64,000 nt of DNA from contig CM075977.1 of the NCBI GenBank assembly GCA_038087875.1, positions 125,488,001 through 125,552,000 on the forward strand. Direction: 5' to 3'. The notes beneath the pieces are model-generated. The model saw only the letters and a program-made list of their open reading frames with translations. It was not told the origin of the DNA and made no database searches. Source of the DNA: Malacoraja senta. Taxonomy: Eukaryota. The number at the start of each line of letters is the position of its first letter. Position 1 is the first letter of the stretch. The position numbers were made by a program, and so were the translations under genes. Below, in pieces: positions 39,256 through 51,969 of the stretch.

Positions 39256-40164
39256 TCTCTCTCTGTTCTCTCTCTGACGAGAGTTCTACAACATTCTCTC
39301 TTGTTGCACCCCCACTGTGATTCTTCCACCTCTCCGACTCTATGATCGTTACTTTTTTGGCATATCTTTCATTCATTTAGTTTAGTTTAGAGATACAGTG
39401 CAGAAACAAATCCTTTGGCCCACAAAGTCTGCGCCGACCAACCATCCCTGCACATTAACACTATCCTACACACACTAGGGACAATTTACACATACACAAA
39501 GCCAATTAACCTGCATACCTGTACGTCTTTGGAGTGTGGGAGGAAACCGAAAATCTCGGAAAAAAACCACAAATGCGTGCCTTCATTGGTCAGGGTATTG
39601 GTTACAGGATTTGGGACATCATGTTACAGCTGCATAAGATGTCGTAAGACTTTATTTGTAGTACTAAGTACAGGAAGGATGTCAATAAACAGGAAAAGGT
39701 GCAAAAAAGTTTTACACACATGTTACCGGAACGAGAGGGTTGAGTGGTCAGGAGAGGCTGGATAGGCTAGGACATATTTCCCTGGAATTAAGAAATCTTG
39801 GAGATATATATGTCATGAAGGGGATAGATAAAGTGAAAAGCCACTCTTTTTCCCAAGGTAGGGGATTCTAAAACTAGAGGGCATAGGTTTAAGCTTAGAG
39901 GGGCAAAATTTAAAAGGTACCTGAGGGACAACTTTTTTCACATGGAGGGTGGTAGAAGAGAAGGATAGAAAGTGGTAGAGGCAGGTAGAATTAAGGTATT
40001 TTAAAGACACTTGGACAGGTACATGGATAGGAAAGGCTTGGAGGGATATGAGGCAGAGAGGCAAGTGAGACTAGTTTAGTTAGGCAACTTGATTGACATG
40101 GACAAGTTGGCAGAATGGCCTATTTCCAGAATGGCCTGATTGGCCTGTGGTAGCTCGATGACTC

Positions 40165-40900
40165 TGAGTCATAGAGTGATACAGTGTGGATACAGGCCCT
40201 TCAGCCCAACTTGCCCACATCGGCCAACAATGTCCTGTCCCACTTGCGCTCGCTTGGTCCATATCCCTCCAAACCTTCCCTATCCATGTGCCAGTCTAAC
40301 TGTTTCTTAAACAATGGGATAGTCCCAGCCTCAACTACCTCATCTGGCAGCTTGTTCCATACACCCACCACCCTTTGTGTGGAAAAAGTTACCCCTCGGA
40401 TTCCTATTAAATCTATACCCCTTCACCTTGAACCTATGTTCTCTGGTCCTAAATTCCCGTACTCTGGACAAGAGACTCTCTGCATCTACCCGATCTATTC
40501 CTCTCATGATTTTGTACACCTTTATAAGATCCCCCTCATCCTCCTGCACTCCATGGAATAGAGACCCAGCCTACTCAACCTCTCCCTATAGCTCACACCC
40601 TCAAGTCCTGGCAACATCCTTGTAAATCTTTTCTGAACCCTTTCAAGCTTGACAATATCTTTCCTATAACATGGTGCCCAAAACTGAACACAATATTCTA
40701 AATGTGGTCTCACCAACGTCTTATACAACTGCAACATGACCTCCCAACTTCTATACTCAGTACTCTGACTGATGAAGGCCAAAGTGCAAAAAAAGTTTTT
40801 CACCACCTTATCTACTTGCGACTCGACCTTCAGAGAACCATGCACCTGTACTCTTAGATCCCTCTGCTCTACAACACTACCCAGAGGCCTACCATTTATT
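40165..40900 (-). mobile_element. CR1 LINE 3' fragment (second subfamily)
   Basis: RPHLEYCVQFWAPCYRKD in ORF 40522-40845; (ctctatga)n tail. Confidence 0.88.
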
Positions 40901-41121
40901 GTTGTTTGCCTGTCAGAATTTGTTTGGTTAATTCTTAGTTATTCCTTTTTATATGCCCTTATTGATTATTAAATAAATTCTATCAAGCGTTCTCAACTGC
41001 ATTCATTTCATAAAATCCACAAATCTGAAAGAATAGCAATATAAAAAGCACAGCATGAAAATTAGTGGCTAGTAATGTACAACAGTAAACTTCTAAGAGT
41101 CAAGTCAAGAGTGCGTAACAT

Positions 41122-42147
41122 TACGTTAAATCACATACACAAGAATACAGAACTAGAGAACCAGAGATTCTAGATGAATGTTTGAATAAACACCCTAATA
41201 CAGGTAAATTAATATTTTATATGTATAATATTCTTTTAGATAGTGAGACTCCGTCGACGGAATTATATAGCATGGTAAAAGGAATTAGCCCAACCTATAA
41301 CAAAAGATATTTGGGATGAAAGTTTACAACATATATATCAATGATCATTAAATGCCAGACATTCTTTAATACAATTTAAAGTACTACATAGACTGCATTA
41401 TTCAAAAACAAAATTAAATAGAATCTTTCCTAATATCTCTCCTATTTGTGATAAATGCCAATACTCATCGGCTAATTTAACCCATACCTTTGTAAATTGT
41501 ATAAAAATTAAAAATTACTGGATGGATATTTTTAAAATAATCTCTGTAGTTGTAAATACTCAACTGGATCCCGAACCTAAATTAATAATATTGGGCATAT
41601 CAGAACAATATCTAAAACTTACAACAAACCAAAGAAATTTCCTTGACTACAGTATAATAATTGGGAAAAAATTAATATTAAAATTTTGGAAAAATCCTGC
41701 AACCCCCACAATTACGATGTGGATTATGGAGATGTCGGAGACCTTACATTTGGAAAAAATTAGATATGTCTTAATTGACAAACCAGAATTATTTACTAAA
41801 ATATGGTCTCCATTTATAGATTATCTGAAGGGGTAGACTGGGCCGGAGCGGAGGCCTGACTGAAACCCGAACCCAGGACTAGATGAATAGTTACGTTTTC
41901 TGACCTATGGACCCATCTCCTAAGTTGTATTACTTTTCTAATTTCTTTTCTTTATTTTCCTTATCTATAAATATAAATAAATAATTAGAGGCAACGTTAA
42001 TATGTAACCGATAAAGGAGGACCCCAGCTACTTTGGTAACTGGGTACCCGGAACCCTGGATACTTAATATGTAATCGTTACACAAAGTTTGTATTGGGTT
42101 GGAGATATATGCAGATACCTCTAATAAAATATTTTATACAAAAAAAA
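41122..42147 (+). mobile_element. 5'-truncated L1 insertion with poly(A) and TSD
   Basis: QFKVLHRLHYSKTKLNRIFPNISPICDKC; aataaa plus A-tail; ~15-bp TSD aagagtgcgtaacat / aagagtgtgtaacat. Confidence 0.88.
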
Positions 42148-44099
42148 AGAGTGTGTAACATATATACCGCCTCAGTACCTTTGATTCCTTCCTCCTAGCA
42201 AATTTTGAATATGTGCACAGCTCACCACAGATTTCATGTGTTCAAACCTTCCCGATTCACCTCCAAAGAGGGATCTTATAAAAAGGGCCTTGCTAAAGTC
42301 CATGTCAATAACATCCACTACCCCCTGTCTCCATCATCAGTCCACTTGATGACCTTCAAAAAAAACTTTGTGAGACACAATATCTAACAACACACAAGGC
42401 CATGCTGACTACCCCTAATCAGTCCGTGCCTATCCAAATGCTGATTGATCCTGTTTCTAAGAATCCCCTCCAACAACTTTCCCACCACTGACGTCAGGTT
42501 CACTGGCCTGTAGTTCCTTGGCTACTCCTTGCTGCTAAATAATGGTACAATATCAGCCACCCTCCAGTCTTCCGGAACTTCACTTGTGACTAAAGATGAT
42601 GCAAATATCTTTACATGGGTATTCACAGTTTCCCACAAGATCCTAAGATATACTTGCTCAGGCTCGGTAATCTTATCCACCGTAATGCACTTTAAAATAA
42701 GTTATTGTCATAGATGCAGAATTAGGCCATTCAGCTCATTGAGTCTACACCGCTATTCAAGCATGGCTGATCTATCTTTCGTTCTCAGTCCCATTCTGCT
42801 TTCTCCCATAACCTTTGACATTATTACTAATCAAGAACCTGTCAATCCCCACTTTAAAAATACCCAATGTCTTCTCCCCCACAACTGTCTGTGGCAATGA
42901 ACTCCACAGATTCACCACCCTCTGACTAAAGAAATTCTTCCTCATCTTTCTAAAGACACGTCCTTTTATTCTGTGGCTGTGCCATCTGGTCTAGACGCTC
43001 CTACTAGTTGAAACATCCGCACCACATCAACTCTATCCAGGCCTTTCACTAATCAGTAAGTTTCAATTAGATCCCCCCCCCCCCCCCCACCTCATCCTTC
43101 TAAACTCCAGCGAGTACAGGCCCAGTGCCGTCAAACGCTCATCATACGTTAACTCAATCATCCCCGGGATCATTCTTGTATATTGTCAATTACCAATACC
43201 TCTTTGATAATTGACAACACAACTCTGCCTCAATTCCTTAGCTTCCATTATTATCTCCTCAGTAAAAGTAGATGTGGTGTTCATTTAATATTGTGGTCAT
43301 ACACAAAGAAGGCAACGCTGATGTTTAAGGGAACCTATTCCTTCCCTCGCTGCTCTTTTGTTTTTAATATACCTGAAGAATCTCTCAGGATTTTCCTTTA
43401 CCTTGCCAGCCAGCTCCGTTTTGCCTACCTAATTGCCTGAATTGTACTCCCAACACTTTTTGTACTTAATTTTAGTTTTCCTGATATTTTAACTTTTTAA
43501 TGTATAATATTTCAATTTTAATACTTTTTGAATGTTTATAATCCCAAAAATATTCACAAATATCCAAGTTGTTTGGTAGTCTTGCCAACCAGCTCAATCT
43601 GGAGGCATGCTTTAGTCAGCTATTTTAACATTCCCTTCGATTTATAATTACAAAGCACAGCGCATGGTATTGATTAAGCTAAAGTTGACTTTGTTCAGGA
43701 AGTATTTGCCAGGCCATCTACTCCAGGTAAAAGTTGAGCAATGGGTGAGCACTGAATGGATATGACTTGTTGCTCCCAGGAAATGAATAGAAATTGTGCT
43801 TAAAGGGCTTACATTGACTGTAAAGTGTCTTGGAATATCCTGAAGTCATGATTGGTTTGATTCAGATGCCATTGTCGCAAGCAGAAATAAAGCAGTTTGC
43901 CTGAAGATGATGGATGCATGCCTAATTTTAGGTGGGAAAACAAGAATATTCTTAACCTACTATGTTACCCCATCCTTGATCAGAAGAATTTGCATTGATT
44001 TTCGCATTGCTTTTGATGAATATTACTTTAAACATTTTATGGGCCACTCAGTTAGGAAAATGTAATTTTTAATTAATTTTATGGAATACCAAATTTGTT

Positions 44100-44620
44100 T
44101 ACGGGGGAGAAAGTTGGAAAAGAAGAGTGGGCAGGTCAAAGCCTGGCAAGTGATAAATGGATACAGTTGAGAGGGGTTTTTGATTGACAGATGGTTGGAC
44201 AAAGATCAGAGATGAAAAGACGAAAGGCTGTGAGATAAGGAGATAAGAGGCATGAAGTGAATCTGGAGATAGTAATATAGATGAAAGGGCATGGAGAAAG
44301 GGGCGGGATTGTGGGAGAAATGGGTGTTATCCAGATAGGCACAAGGAAGAGGATGGGGGGAAGGGATGGGGTGTGTTTGTTTGGTTAGTTGCTTTAAATA
44401 TTCATATTGTTGAGTTGTAAGCAACCGAAGCGGAATATGAGGTGCTGTTCCTCTGCTTTGTGCTTGGCCTCACTCTGGCAATGGCGTAGGTCGAGGACGT
44501 ACCAAAACGTCTGAATGGAAAGGAAAGTTAAAATCGATTGCAACCAGGGGATCCAACATTCCCTGGTGGACTGAGCGCAAATGTTTGGCAAAACCTTCAC
44601 CTCGTCTATGATTGGTCTTG
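44100..44620 (-). mobile_element. Penelope-like element 3' fragment
   Basis: ORF 44394-44600 ends EEQHLIFRFGCLQLNNMNI, typical of the PLE GIY-YIG C-terminus; followed by a CT-rich tract. Confidence 0.75.
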
Positions 44621-45207
44621 CGAATTAACTTGAATTTCTGTTGCATTATGTATCAAGACTGGTTTAATGGTGATTGAGAATGACTATGTTTGACTGACCA
44701 TATATTGAATTGCAAATACAGTGAACTGCCCTCCAGCATTTATTGTGAGCCTTGTTGTTGTTTTACCTGCCAAAATGCAATATTTTCCATTACCTCCAAG
44801 CTAAAATATCACATGATATTCAATACTATTGTTAATGATGCCTTAATTTCAGGGAGGCCTTCCACCATGATCTTATGGTGAACCATTTATTGTCAGGGGG
44901 CGACAACATTCCAATTTTCATATTTCCTTATGCCAACTCAGAGCCAACCCTTTCATCCATTCATTTATCTGAACATGTTCTAATATATTCATTCATTCTA
45001 CCATCCACACTATATTTGGAGCAACTTGCATTGGCCAATTAATGTTTCCAACCTGCATGCCCTTGGGATGCAAGTGAAAACCCATGGTCAAGGGTATAAT
45101 ATTACTCCTTACACTCAAAACTGCAGGTCAAGATTGAACCCAAGTTGCTGGAACCATGAGTCAGCAATTCTACTGTGCCACTTTGTGTTGTGCAGCAAGG
45201 CATGTTA

Positions 45208-45712
45208 GTCATAGTCATAGAGTGGTACAGTGTGGAAACATGCCCTTCAGCCCAACTCGCCCATACCAGCCAACAATGTCCCAGCTACACTAGTCCCACA
45301 TGCCCGCGCTTGGTTCATATCCTTCCAAACCTGTCCTATCCATGTATCTGTCTAACTGTTTCTTAAACGATGGGATAGTCCCAGCCTCAACTATATCCTC
45401 TGACAGCTTGTTCCATACACACCCCCACCCTTTGTGTGAAAAAGTTACTCCTTGGATTCCTATTAAATCTTTTCCCCTTCACCTTGAACCTCTGTCCTCT
45501 GGTCCTCGATTCCCCAACTCTGGGCAAAAGACTCTGTGCATCTATCCACCCGACCTATTCCTCTCATTATTTTGTATACCTCTATAAGATCTCCCCTCAT
45601 CCTCCTGCGCTCCATGGAATAGAGACCCAGCCTACTCAACCTCTCCCTATAGCTCACACCCTCTAGTTCTGGCAACATCCTCGTAAATCTTTTCTGAACC
45701 CTTTCAAGCTTG
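45208..45712 (-). mobile_element. CR1 LINE 3' fragment
   Basis: Nearly collinear with 40165-40650. Confidence 0.85.
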
Positions 45713-45859
45713 TATTAGTATTGGAATTCTGTTTTGCGGGTGTTTAATCTAATAAGGTCCATTCTTTTAAACAGCCTCTGAATGGGTCCGAAGTAACGTA
45801 GGTCATAAGGTCACAAGGAATAGGAGTAGAATTAGGCCATTTGGTCCATGAATTAATAA

Positions 45860-47565
45860 GTTTGAATGAATGAATGAATTAATAAGTTTATTGGCCAAGT
45901 ATGTAAACGTACAAGGAATTTGCCTTGGTGCTCCGCTCGCAAGTAACAACACGACATACAGTAAACCATTAGGAATAAAACATAAAACATTAAAACATTC
46001 AGAATAAAACATTTTGGTTTAACATGTGAATGAAATAAAATACTAGAGCAAAAGGAGGCTACAGGCTTGGTTATTGAGTAGAGCTACTGCTCGTGGAAAA
46101 AAGCTGTTTTTATGTCTGGCTGTGGCGGCTTTGACAGTCTAGAGTCGCCTTCCAGAGGGAAGTACTTCAAAGAGTTTGTGGCCAGGGTGAGAGGGGTCAG
46201 AGATGATCTTACCTCGCTCGCTTCCTGGCCCTTGTAGCGTACAGTTCGTCAATGGGGGGGAAGTTTGCAGCCAACAACCTTCTCAGCTGATCGAACGATT
46301 CGCTGCAGCCTCCGGATGTCGTACTTGGTGGCTGAACCAAACCAGACCATGATGAAGGTGAGGACAGACTCTATGATGGCAGTATAGAATTGGACCATCA
46401 TTTCCTGTGGCAGATTGTGTTTCCTCAGCTGCCGCAGGAAGTACATCCTCTGTTAAGTCGGTGAGGGCGCTGCGAGTCGGCTGCCCTGCCAGCAGCGTGT
46501 CCGTTATTTCAACTTTTTTGGGGGGTTTTGTGTCCAAATGTCTATTTTAGTGTATCTCGGTATGTCTTGTGGGGAGTGGAGGGGAGGGGTGGGGGGGCCT
46601 CTTTTGGTCGCCTCCTCCACGGAGAGGCGACTTTTTCCATATCGCATCCCTCGCGGCCTAACACCATGGAGCAGCGTGGACTTTCCATCGCGGAGCGGGG
46701 CAAACCTTTGCCGGGGGCCGCCAGAGAGGAGTGCTCCGATCACTGGCCTGGTGACTTTGGCATCATGGGGCTGCGGTCTGTGGAGCTTCTAGCCGCGTGG
46801 CGTGGCGTGGACTTACCATCCGGAGCCTGGGATCCCTCGCCGCGGATCGCCAGAGAAGAGCTCCGACCGCAGGCCTGCGGCATGTAACGTCCTGAAGCCG
46901 TAAGAAAGTGCCGATTCAAGCACCGTCCCGACGCCGGAGTTTCAAATCATCCCGGCGAGAGGGCCTATACATCCGTCCGTCCGTAGCGGCGACTACGGAG
47001 GGTTTATGTCCCTGAACACGGGTAAACAAAGGAGGAAGTCTGGCTGAACTTTGTGCCATCCACCACAGTGAAGAATGCTGTGCTGGATGTTTGTGTTAAA
47101 TCTTATTGTGTATTGTGTGTTCATTTTAATTGTATCGCTGCTGGCAAATTCATTTCACTGCACCTTCTGGTGCATGTGACGAATAAAATTGACTTTGACT
47201 TGACTTTGACTTTTGACTGTGGAGTCGATGGTGGCCCCCCATTTAAGGTCCTTGGAGATGATGGTTCCAAGGAACTTAAAGAACTCCACAGATGTGACTC
47301 TGGTGTTTTTGATGGTGAGTAGGGGGAGGGGAGGGGGAGCTCTCCTAAAGTCTACAATCAATTCCACCGTCTTAAGAGCATTGAGCTCCAGGTTGTTACG
47401 AAGGCACCAGGATGCCAGCTGTGTCACTTCCTGTCTGTAGGCAGATTCCTCCCCATCCTGGATCAGTCCAATCAGGGTTGTGTAGTCCGCAAACTTGAGA
47501 AGCATGACAGAGGAGTCTGTGGAGGTGCAGTCGTTGGTGCAGAGAGCGTAAAGGAGAGGGGAGAC
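45860..47565 (-). mobile_element. Rex/Babar-type LINE with a nested GC-rich plus-strand insertion (~46455-47210)
   Basis: LLKFADYTTLIG, LNALKTVELIVDFRR and YFLRQLRK motifs. The insert ends in aataaa plus (gactt)n, and the host sequence resumes across it. Confidence 0.82.
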
Positions 47566-48797
47566 TACGCAGACGCGGTGCTCCATCAAGTCTACTTCGC
47601 CATTCAATCATGGTTGCTCTATCTCTCCCTCCTGACCCCATTCTCCTGCCTCTTCCCCATAACTGACACCTGTACTAATCAAGAATATGTACATAGATCG
47701 AGCAATTTATAATTTCTCCTGTATGTTATCTTTACTCCAGTGGAAAAATTGTGGAGGTCAAAATCGGCAACAGTATGACTCTATTTAGCTCAATTACTGC
47801 CCGATTTCGGAAATATAGATTCCTCAGCAAGTTCCATCACAGAAAGATTACCAAGAGGACATTGGACATATTAAATGAGTGTTCTTAAAGGCTATCTTTT
47901 TTTTTTTAAGTGACATTCTCACCAAGTCATGACTGAATGCGGCAAATGATTGCTCAAGTTGGAGAAGGAACAACCACAATGTGCTGAGTATCTTGAATCT
48001 TTTTGTTGGGAGTTTTTGGAAGTCCACCGGTCAAGTGTTTCTTGCCTCACTTATGGGAGAATGTATGGATCCCACATTGATTTCGCCATCCACCACAGAA
48101 TTTGCAGAGATGGAGGAATTTGCAGGCTGTTCTTGAATGTGAGGAACTACTAAAAAAGGAAGGTTTTCCTGCAGATTCCTTAGTTGGTGTTCAGATGCTT
48201 GAAAGCTGAAATGATCATCTTCATCTTTCACTATCTTCCTTTGTGCTTATCAATTCATCCATTGTTGAATTTTTCACCACATTGACATTGCTCACATGTC
48301 ACATTCAGCCAGGAATTGCCCCAGCACAGAAAGAGGGAATTTGGCCCATCAAACCAGTAGCAGCTTAATGTGTAGTTTACTTTTTGAAAACCATTGAACT
48401 TGCTTTCACTGCTCCTTTAGAAATTGAATTCCAAATCAGTAGAACGCAGTGTTACTATTGTGGGGAACACATTCTCATATCATAATTGGAGTTGTGCTTT
48501 TATTATATCTGGGCCAAGGTTGTAATGTGGTCTGATACTGAATGCACTTTGTTATACCAAAACTAATCATAATGGGCCTTGATTGTTGTTGCTGAGCAAA
48601 TGTTGCCTGATGGCACACTGGTGATGTTGCTGTAGATTTTCTGAATAGTTTCCTTTCTTCTGAATATTTGGATTCATTTTATTATGTTATTTTAAGACTG
48701 TCTTATGGTAGTTATGTAGATTTTAGAGAAATGTTCCTTAATTTATTACACATTTTTAAGAAATGTCTGACTCAATGCATATGCTTTTGTTTTTCAG

Positions 48798-48999
48798 AAT
48801 TGAATTTGGAGTGTGCAAATTCACCTGCGATAAAATTAAGGCCAAAGATGTCACTGCATTCATATGGAAGTCGAGAAGGATCAATGTCTGGTCGGTCAGG
48901 AGAATGTAGCCCAGTTCCAGTTGGTTCAATTCCAAGAAGAGGATTGATCAGTGGAAGCAAAGAAAGCACTGGCTACTTGGAAGAGTTAGAAAAAGAGAG
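48798..48999 (+). CDS. APC: APC coding exon (ELNLECANSPAIKLRPKMSLHSYGSREGSMSGRSGECSPVPVGSIPRRGLISGSKESTGYLEELEKER)
   Basis: Matches human ELNLDSSNFPGVKLRSKMSLRSYGSREGSVSSRSGECSPVP...STGYLEELEKER. Acceptor ttttcag|, donor AG|gtacat. 202 nt; phase joins the previous exon (G+AA=Glu). Confidence 0.97.
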
Positions 49000-49569
49000 G
49001 TACATCTTGTTTCTAGCTGTAGTTAATATCTTACAATATATTTTGTTTCTTTAATCAATAGAACAACAGTAATTTCTGAGTCACCCATCTTTCACTTGCA
49101 CTTTGCATGCATGCTAACAAAGGGGTTCAAAATGTGTGTAGATTCATTAATTATCTGCAATTTGATGACAATGCATTAGATCACAAGTGACAATGCATAT
49201 TTTCCGCTTGACACACTTTACCCTTTTCACATATTTCATTTTAAATATTTGTGAAAATTATTATGAATACCTATATGAACAATGAACTACTGTTACACTG
49301 GGGGAAAGGGTTCATTACTTGGGATGTCAACAAGGTTTGAAGAAGACTCTTCCAAACTTGCGCCTGTCATGCAGTACCAGAGGATCAGACACCCAATGCC
49401 ACTGCTATTCCACCATCAAAGATGCTATTGGCTCCACCCCCCGCCCACACTTTCGGAAATCAGACCACCTTGCTGTGCTCCTTCCTGCATAGAGGCAGCA
49501 ATTGAGGAGTGCAGCTCCAAGGGTGAGGACTGATCAGGGGACTCTTGCCTGACCTCTGTTCAGTGCTAC

Positions 49570-50219
49570 CAAGAGCAGAACTCGCTATCAAAATATGGAG
49601 GGGACGGGGGACACAATTTTTTGGCGGCCGCGCGCGCATGCACACACACACACGCGCGAGGCTTCGGAGGCTCAATCCAGCACTAGATGCAGCTCAACTC
49701 TGCCTGTCTCACCGGGTTAACTACAGCTCTGCCTGGACTGACGGGACACCAGCACTGCTTCTCCGCGCTGGCCATATTTCCCGCAAGCCCAGGCAGAGCT
49801 TAGGTTAACCTGGCGGGACAGGCAGAGTGAGCTGGGTTTAGTGCTGTTTCTCTGCGCTGGCTGTGGGCCTGGGGGTACAGCTCACGTATGACTGCCGACC
49901 TCTCTGGCCACCCGTGGGTGGGGGGGGCACTCGGGACAGCGCCGGAGACCCGGCCGGGATCGATCCCGCCTGCGGATGAGGCGCGGGTCTGTGCCACGTC
50001 TCCCTCCTCCAATCACCGCGCTCTATCCTCAGTCCCCCCACTCCTCCCTCCTACAATCATCGCGCCCTCGATCATCAGTCCCACCCCCGCCCTCGATCAT
50101 CAGTCCCACCCCCGCCCAATCGGGATCACAAAAACTTGGGGATGTCCCCCGCCTCTCAAAACATGGGGGGGACGTGTCTCCTCTGCCCCCCCCCCCCCCC
50201 CCCGGGTTTTCCGCCCCTG
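49570..50219. mobile_element. hAT-type MITE
   Basis: Degenerate TIR caagagcagaa / ttccgcccctg; 8-bp TSD agtgctac / agtgctgc. Confidence 0.7.
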
Positions 50220-51860
50220 AGTGCTGCAACAGAGTTCAGGAATTAGATCACAGATAATTGCAAGAGTTAACCTGGAGGACAATGTACATACATATCTGTT
50301 TGTATTGTACCACCGTCCCAGAAAATATATTTTTTTAATATAGAGAAGACTAGTTTTATCTACGTCTACATAACCTGCAGTAACAGTTAAAATTGTCCCG
50401 TCTTTTTGCCAAAATTTGGACGAGAGTAACATGCATGTCTTTTGTAGTGTTTTCAAAAGCTGAGATTGCCAACATATTTTAGATCCTTTCCAATGCCGTG
50501 GGGAAAGAAGAATCTTGAAGAGTATTGGTTACAATTTAGAAATTGATCCAATTGATGCTTTTCTTTTTCAAAATGCTTGTGGCATGGAATTTAATGATGT
50601 ATCTAAGAAGGTGATTACCTACAATCGATTTAAGGTTTCTTTAAAATTCCCTTGTGTAGTAGAGAAGTTACTAAGGATTTTCTTTGAAAGTTGTACATTT
50701 TTTGAAGGCAGAATTCTGAGGTAATAATGTACCACTTTTCCTCCTGTGCATGAACACAGTATATCATGTGGTTATTTATGACAATTTTCATGATCAGGTT
50801 TGATAAATAATCACAGATGTTTATGATGAAATAATACTTCCATTTCATGAACATTTTACTATCTAGTTCATATTTTCACATTTAACAATTTCAGTTTCAA
50901 ATTCAACACCATTGTTTTGGCGAGTTGATTTTCGACTTTGGTGCCACAATAGCAAATATTTCCGGACAGTTAGATGTTATTGTAATTAACACTCCAGCAC
51001 AGTTTTAATTAGTTTTATTTTGGATGTTAAACATTCTGATATTGTGATCACTATTTCCTTAATGTTCCCCACTGATACTTGTGGCACTTAGCTTGGTGCA
51101 GTACCAGTTTGGCTCAGAATCAAATTTTGGGCTAGAAACACATTTTTATGAACCTATTTTGAAAACTACCCCTCCCTTTGGCTTTCTTATTGTTATCGCT
51201 GTCTATATTTGAATATCAGAAATCCGACAAACATATGTCTATAACGTTTGCACACCAAGTTTTACTGAAAATTAACTGTACAATATTCTTATCAGTATTT
51301 GGCATCATATAAAATAGACCCAGTAATACGAGTGCATCTCTTCTATTTATTTAAATAGGGATTTAAGGAAACTGTGGAGCTAGGTTGAAACAGGTTGGGA
51401 CTGAATATCATGAACACACGTGGAGTCACCCCTCACAGGAGCCATAGGTTATCATCAATTTAAATTGGACTACTGAGCTGTCATATATCTGTGCATCCAT
51501 AGACAGTAAGAGCTGTTTAAGCAATCTTCATGTGTCAGGATCTGGGTGGGGCACCATTGGTGGCAGTGGAGGCAAATCGATAACTTAAGTTGACCGTGCT
51601 GTGGAATTCCATCTGTTGTTAAACATTGACCTGAAGTTGTTTAATTGATTACAAGAAGACATGGGTAGATTCACCTTGATCTAAAGGTAACACATTGGAC
51701 AGTATATGATACAAAGCTGCTGTCTTTAGGGAGCAGCATGACATCTAAATTATCATTGAAATTGCCCATGGCAATATGACTTTTCATTAGACAGATATTC
51801 CTGACATTGTTTTAAATATCTATGTGCATTGTAACAGTAGAATTTTGTTTTATTTTATAG

Positions 51861-51969
51861 ATCTTTGTTACTTGCTGAGATTGAAAAAGAAGAGAAAGAA
51901 AAGGATTGGTATTATGCTCAGCTTCAAAATCTGACGAAGAGAATTGATAATCTCCCCCTTACAGAAAAT
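51861..51969 (+). CDS. APC: APC coding exon (SLLLAEIEKEEKEKDWYYAQLQNLTKRIDNLPLTEN)
   Basis: Near-identical to human SLLLADLDKEEKEKDWYYAQLQNLTKRIDSLPLTEN. Acceptor ttttatag|, donor AAT|gtaagt. 109 nt; not in the ORF track. Confidence 0.97.
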
